The position numbers and the translations under genes are program-made. A stretch of DNA of 64,000 nt. Origin: a candidate division WOR-3 bacterium. Lineage in GTDB: Bacteria; Hydrothermota; 32-111. The DNA lies in assembly GCA_037481815.1 (NCBI GenBank), contig JBBFKX010000003.1:192001-256000 (forward strand), in the 5' to 3' direction. Shown in pieces: positions 62,601 through 64,000 of this stretch. How positions within the stretch are numbered: the first letter of the stretch is position 1; each line of letters begins with the position of its first letter. The notes beneath the pieces were generated by a model. That model was not told where the DNA came from. It saw nothing but the letters and a program-made list of their open reading frames with translations, and did not search any database.

Positions 62601-62797
62601 ACACTCTCAATTTTGCTCAATCTATCTTTCAAAATTATAATATAAGATGGAAGATTAACATCAAAATTATTTTCCATCACTTTTAAAAAACTGATTTCTT
62701 TAAGATCATTTTCCTTTTGAAAGTTTATTTCAAGTTTTTCTGGATAGACAGAGATGACTAAAAATAGTAAAACAACAAAAAGAATTTTTTTGTTCAT
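59687..62797 (-). CDS. C25 (gingipain-family) cysteine peptidase with a T9SS-type C-terminal domain
   Basis: YLIIT, WKTKKG, IRNYI, YLLLGGD, SDIYY..LDG, VGR, NHNGHG (His), SIGC (Cys), NYFGDP; C-terminus ILSIDGR...FSNGVYFV...KILLIK. Confidence 0.9.
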   Translation of the reverse strand: MNKKILFVVLLFLVISVYPEKLEINFQKENDLKEISFLKVMENNFDVNLPSYIIILKDRLSKIESVEFENPFEVKDYKLISFSQQPLSVRKVEQEKLFKGELKVYFEYSPLKNSVKIFPYFIKDGKIFSYEKATVSCSKILSVEKKENSLYDYLIITSIKYDSIFSRLKDWKTKKGYKTKLSFIESILPYYSGVDSAEKIRNYIIDEYNTNGFKYLLLGGDRAIIPVRRLYAMNCNADYYPDEDSIPSDIYYSNLDGNFNFDGDGVWGEVEDSSDLVPEVVVGRILFDTIYYGPSPIISRIIDYDLVKNTEHLSRGVFLGMVLWDDPMTSGGVAKDMIDNDIIPSDFHLLKFYEDLGHIGKSDILDSLDMGYNIVNHNGHGSFKGVWVDYKTAITRGDATTLTNGSKTGLFYSIGCWVGAFDREDTTYILHSITENFQDSPTGGFISLITNSRYGWGAPGYPGYGVSEILDYRFFQILFQESESKRPSEILNQVKSEIEPFSYSENLYRWHIYQLNYFGDPELPIFTKNPENLNVVFKKNSDFLEVFVRDQNNHPVSNVLICFSKDTILRRGNTDGNGYISFSTTGINDSDYIYFVASRVNYKTVYDSLVLKNVGTNNVSIFSDSLFSGSNNYLKIKNSDLTPHNIKLISKFVNEEFVLQGNSTDSIMYVPLSSNGNIDTLHLYIDNILDDTIFLKIHKLNLVVENLYFSNSNFNIKIKKEKSPKVENAKFRVVLQGSFNLLDTIFFENFDSTLQKTFLCGVPTGEENLKFSFYIYKNDTLLGQKTDYLNNGEYSFYDDFIGDLSKWEKYTSNWIITKNQNLHPGNETGYFNNMADTITSQEFYIYPQTLCSVYIYTKLPVLEFYNSQPIFNVDGIFINLLKDDSTKILDFISSGGALTKDSSLIVKGWKVYNMKVDSVEKVKLQFVFRSDSVITDSGVFISYVKVKPKFFYSETTGIVRADTTIINKDKLTYYFKGLKGVWKVKILSIDGRVIKNFTFENRSSFTFDLKNFSNGVYFVMFENEKVLFKDKILLIK

Positions 62798-62814
62798 AAA
62801 ACCTCTTTTATAAA

Positions 62815-62842
62815 ATTATAAATTATTGTAAAAAAATATCAA
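62815..62842 (-). promoter_or_regulatory. sigma70-like promoter TTGATA-16-TATAAT of the C25 protease gene
   Basis: tatcaa at 62837-62842, attata at 62815-62820. Confidence 0.65.
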
Positions 62843-62852
62843 CTTTAAAAGT

Positions 62853-64000
62853 TTATTGTGGAGTATATCCTGCATCCCTGATCGCATTCACAACATCTTC
62901 GTTATCAAATTCTCCTTGAACATAAACCTCTTTTTTTGATATATCAACAAATACCTTTTCCACTCCTTTAACCTTCAAAACATTTTTTTCTATGTTGTTA
63001 GCACAATGAGCGCAGGATATATCCGGAACATAAAAATTTTTCCCTTCCATTTTTTTCCTCCAGATTCTTATCAAATAAGGTCTTAAAATTAATACGATTA
63101 AAACGATGGACGAAAACAATTTCCAGTAATTTATGTTTTCTGAATGTCTATGAGTGATCTGATTTCTCATAAAATCAAAATTTTTAAAGATAGTATCAAG
63201 AAGAAAACCTGAAACTAACGATATTATAAAAATAGAAACAAGGTAAATTAAAAGTGTTTTTTTCCCTAACCTTTTAAAAACGAAAAGTATCGTTGCACTG
63301 TTCGTTGCTGGTCCTGTGATCAAAAAAACAAGAGCAGCACCAGGAGAGATGCCTTTTATAATAAATGAAAGGGCTATTGGAATTGAACCTGTTGCACAAA
63401 CATATAAAGGAGTTCCCACAAGCATCATAAAAAGATATGAAAGGAACCTGTTTGAAAAATAACTTTTAAAAAGAGTTTCGGGAACCAAATAGGAAATCAA
63501 TGTTCCTAAAACTATTCCCAGAATTATCCATTTACCGGTTGATTCAACAAGTTCAATAAATGAATATTTCAAAGATTTTAAAAACTTTTCTTTTAGATTC
63601 TTTCTCTCAACATCTCTGACCTTACATACCTCTATCTTTTCTCTGGTGTTAACATCTTCTTCTTTAACAAAGAACTTTACAAGTGTTCCACCAAGAAGAC
63701 CTCCAAGAAAAGAACTTATCGGTCTAAAAAAAGCGAACACAGGTCCTAGAAGAGAATATGTTGCAAAAATAGAATCAAATCCCGTTGTGGGTGTAGAGAT
63801 TAAAAATGAAACTATAGATTTTTTTGAAGCACCACTTCTTCTAAGATGTTCCACAAGTGGTATAACTCCACATGAACAAACTGGAATAGGCACTCCCAGA
63901 ATTGCCGCTTTAAAAATATCTGAAAATCCTTTGTCAGATAAATTTTTATATATTTGATCTTCAGAAACAAATAATTTTGCAATACCTGCTGCCAAAAAAC
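62853..64000 (-). CDS. DUF318/ArsP-type (SO_0444-like) metal permease fused to a C-terminal HMA domain; 5' end lies outside the window
   Basis: PIPVCSCGVIP, FLISTP, PLYVCATGSIPIA, GAALVFLITGPATN; C-terminal DISCAHC HMA motif; frame open to position 64000. Confidence 0.9.
   Translation of the reverse strand, partial: FLAAGIAKLFVSEDQIYKNLSDKGFSDIFKAAILGVPIPVCSCGVIPLVEHLRRSGASKKSIVSFLISTPTTGFDSIFATYSLLGPVFAFFRPISSFLGGLLGGTLVKFFVKEEDVNTREKIEVCKVRDVERKNLKEKFLKSLKYSFIELVESTGKWIILGIVLGTLISYLVPETLFKSYFSNRFLSYLFMMLVGTPLYVCATGSIPIALSFIIKGISPGAALVFLITGPATNSATILFVFKRLGKKTLLIYLVSIFIISLVSGFLLDTIFKNFDFMRNQITHRHSENINYWKLFSSIVLIVLILRPYLIRIWRKKMEGKNFYVPDISCAHCANNIEKNVLKVKGVEKVFVDISKKEVYVQGEFDNEDVVNAIRDAGYTPQ

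Overview
A gene-dense, very AT-rich bacterial chromosomal segment with about 50 CDSs. I found no rRNA, tRNA, CRISPR array, prophage or IS element. The organism is probably a diderm of an uncultured FCB-related lineage such as WOR-3/TA06; this is inferred from TolC, a PlpD-like patatin, Wzi, a PorX-like regulator and T9SS-type C-terminal domains. The main blocks are: GT4 plus an LbH acetyltransferase (+); rpmH-rnpA-yidD-yidC-jag-mnmE-rph-rluD-topA (-) with no dnaA next to it; YkgJ, an output-less PAS/GAF sensor and an anion permease; acyl-CoA ligase-patatin-DMT; a TolC/MacAB efflux system; and a ~19 kb plus-strand run from a GGDEF cyclase, histidine kinase and PorX/PglZ through folB-folK-dgk-panC, a truncated glmU, rsfS-argS-purM-hsp20-lon-dapA-amrB-amrA-purD to an ABC binding protein. 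These are followed by M14 carboxypeptidase-xerC (-), a radical SAM gene (+), and a minus-strand run of permease-HMA, C25 protease, DUF502, corC, dnaE, YjbH-like, purA, wzi, flippase, MBL hydrolase and uvrB. The most notable observations are: (1) a co-transcribed diguanylate cyclase + histidine kinase + PorX/PglZ phosphodiesterase module in a genome with T9SS-type cargo; (2) an apparently split GlmU; (3) an ArgRS whose HIGH motif reads VLVN; (4) distinctive expression signals, namely 16-bp promoter spacers, many likely leaderless starts and GAGGT placed 3 nt from the start codon; (5) an in-frame internal start that could release a stand-alone HMA metal chaperone. All calls come from reading motifs by eye; no database searches were run.
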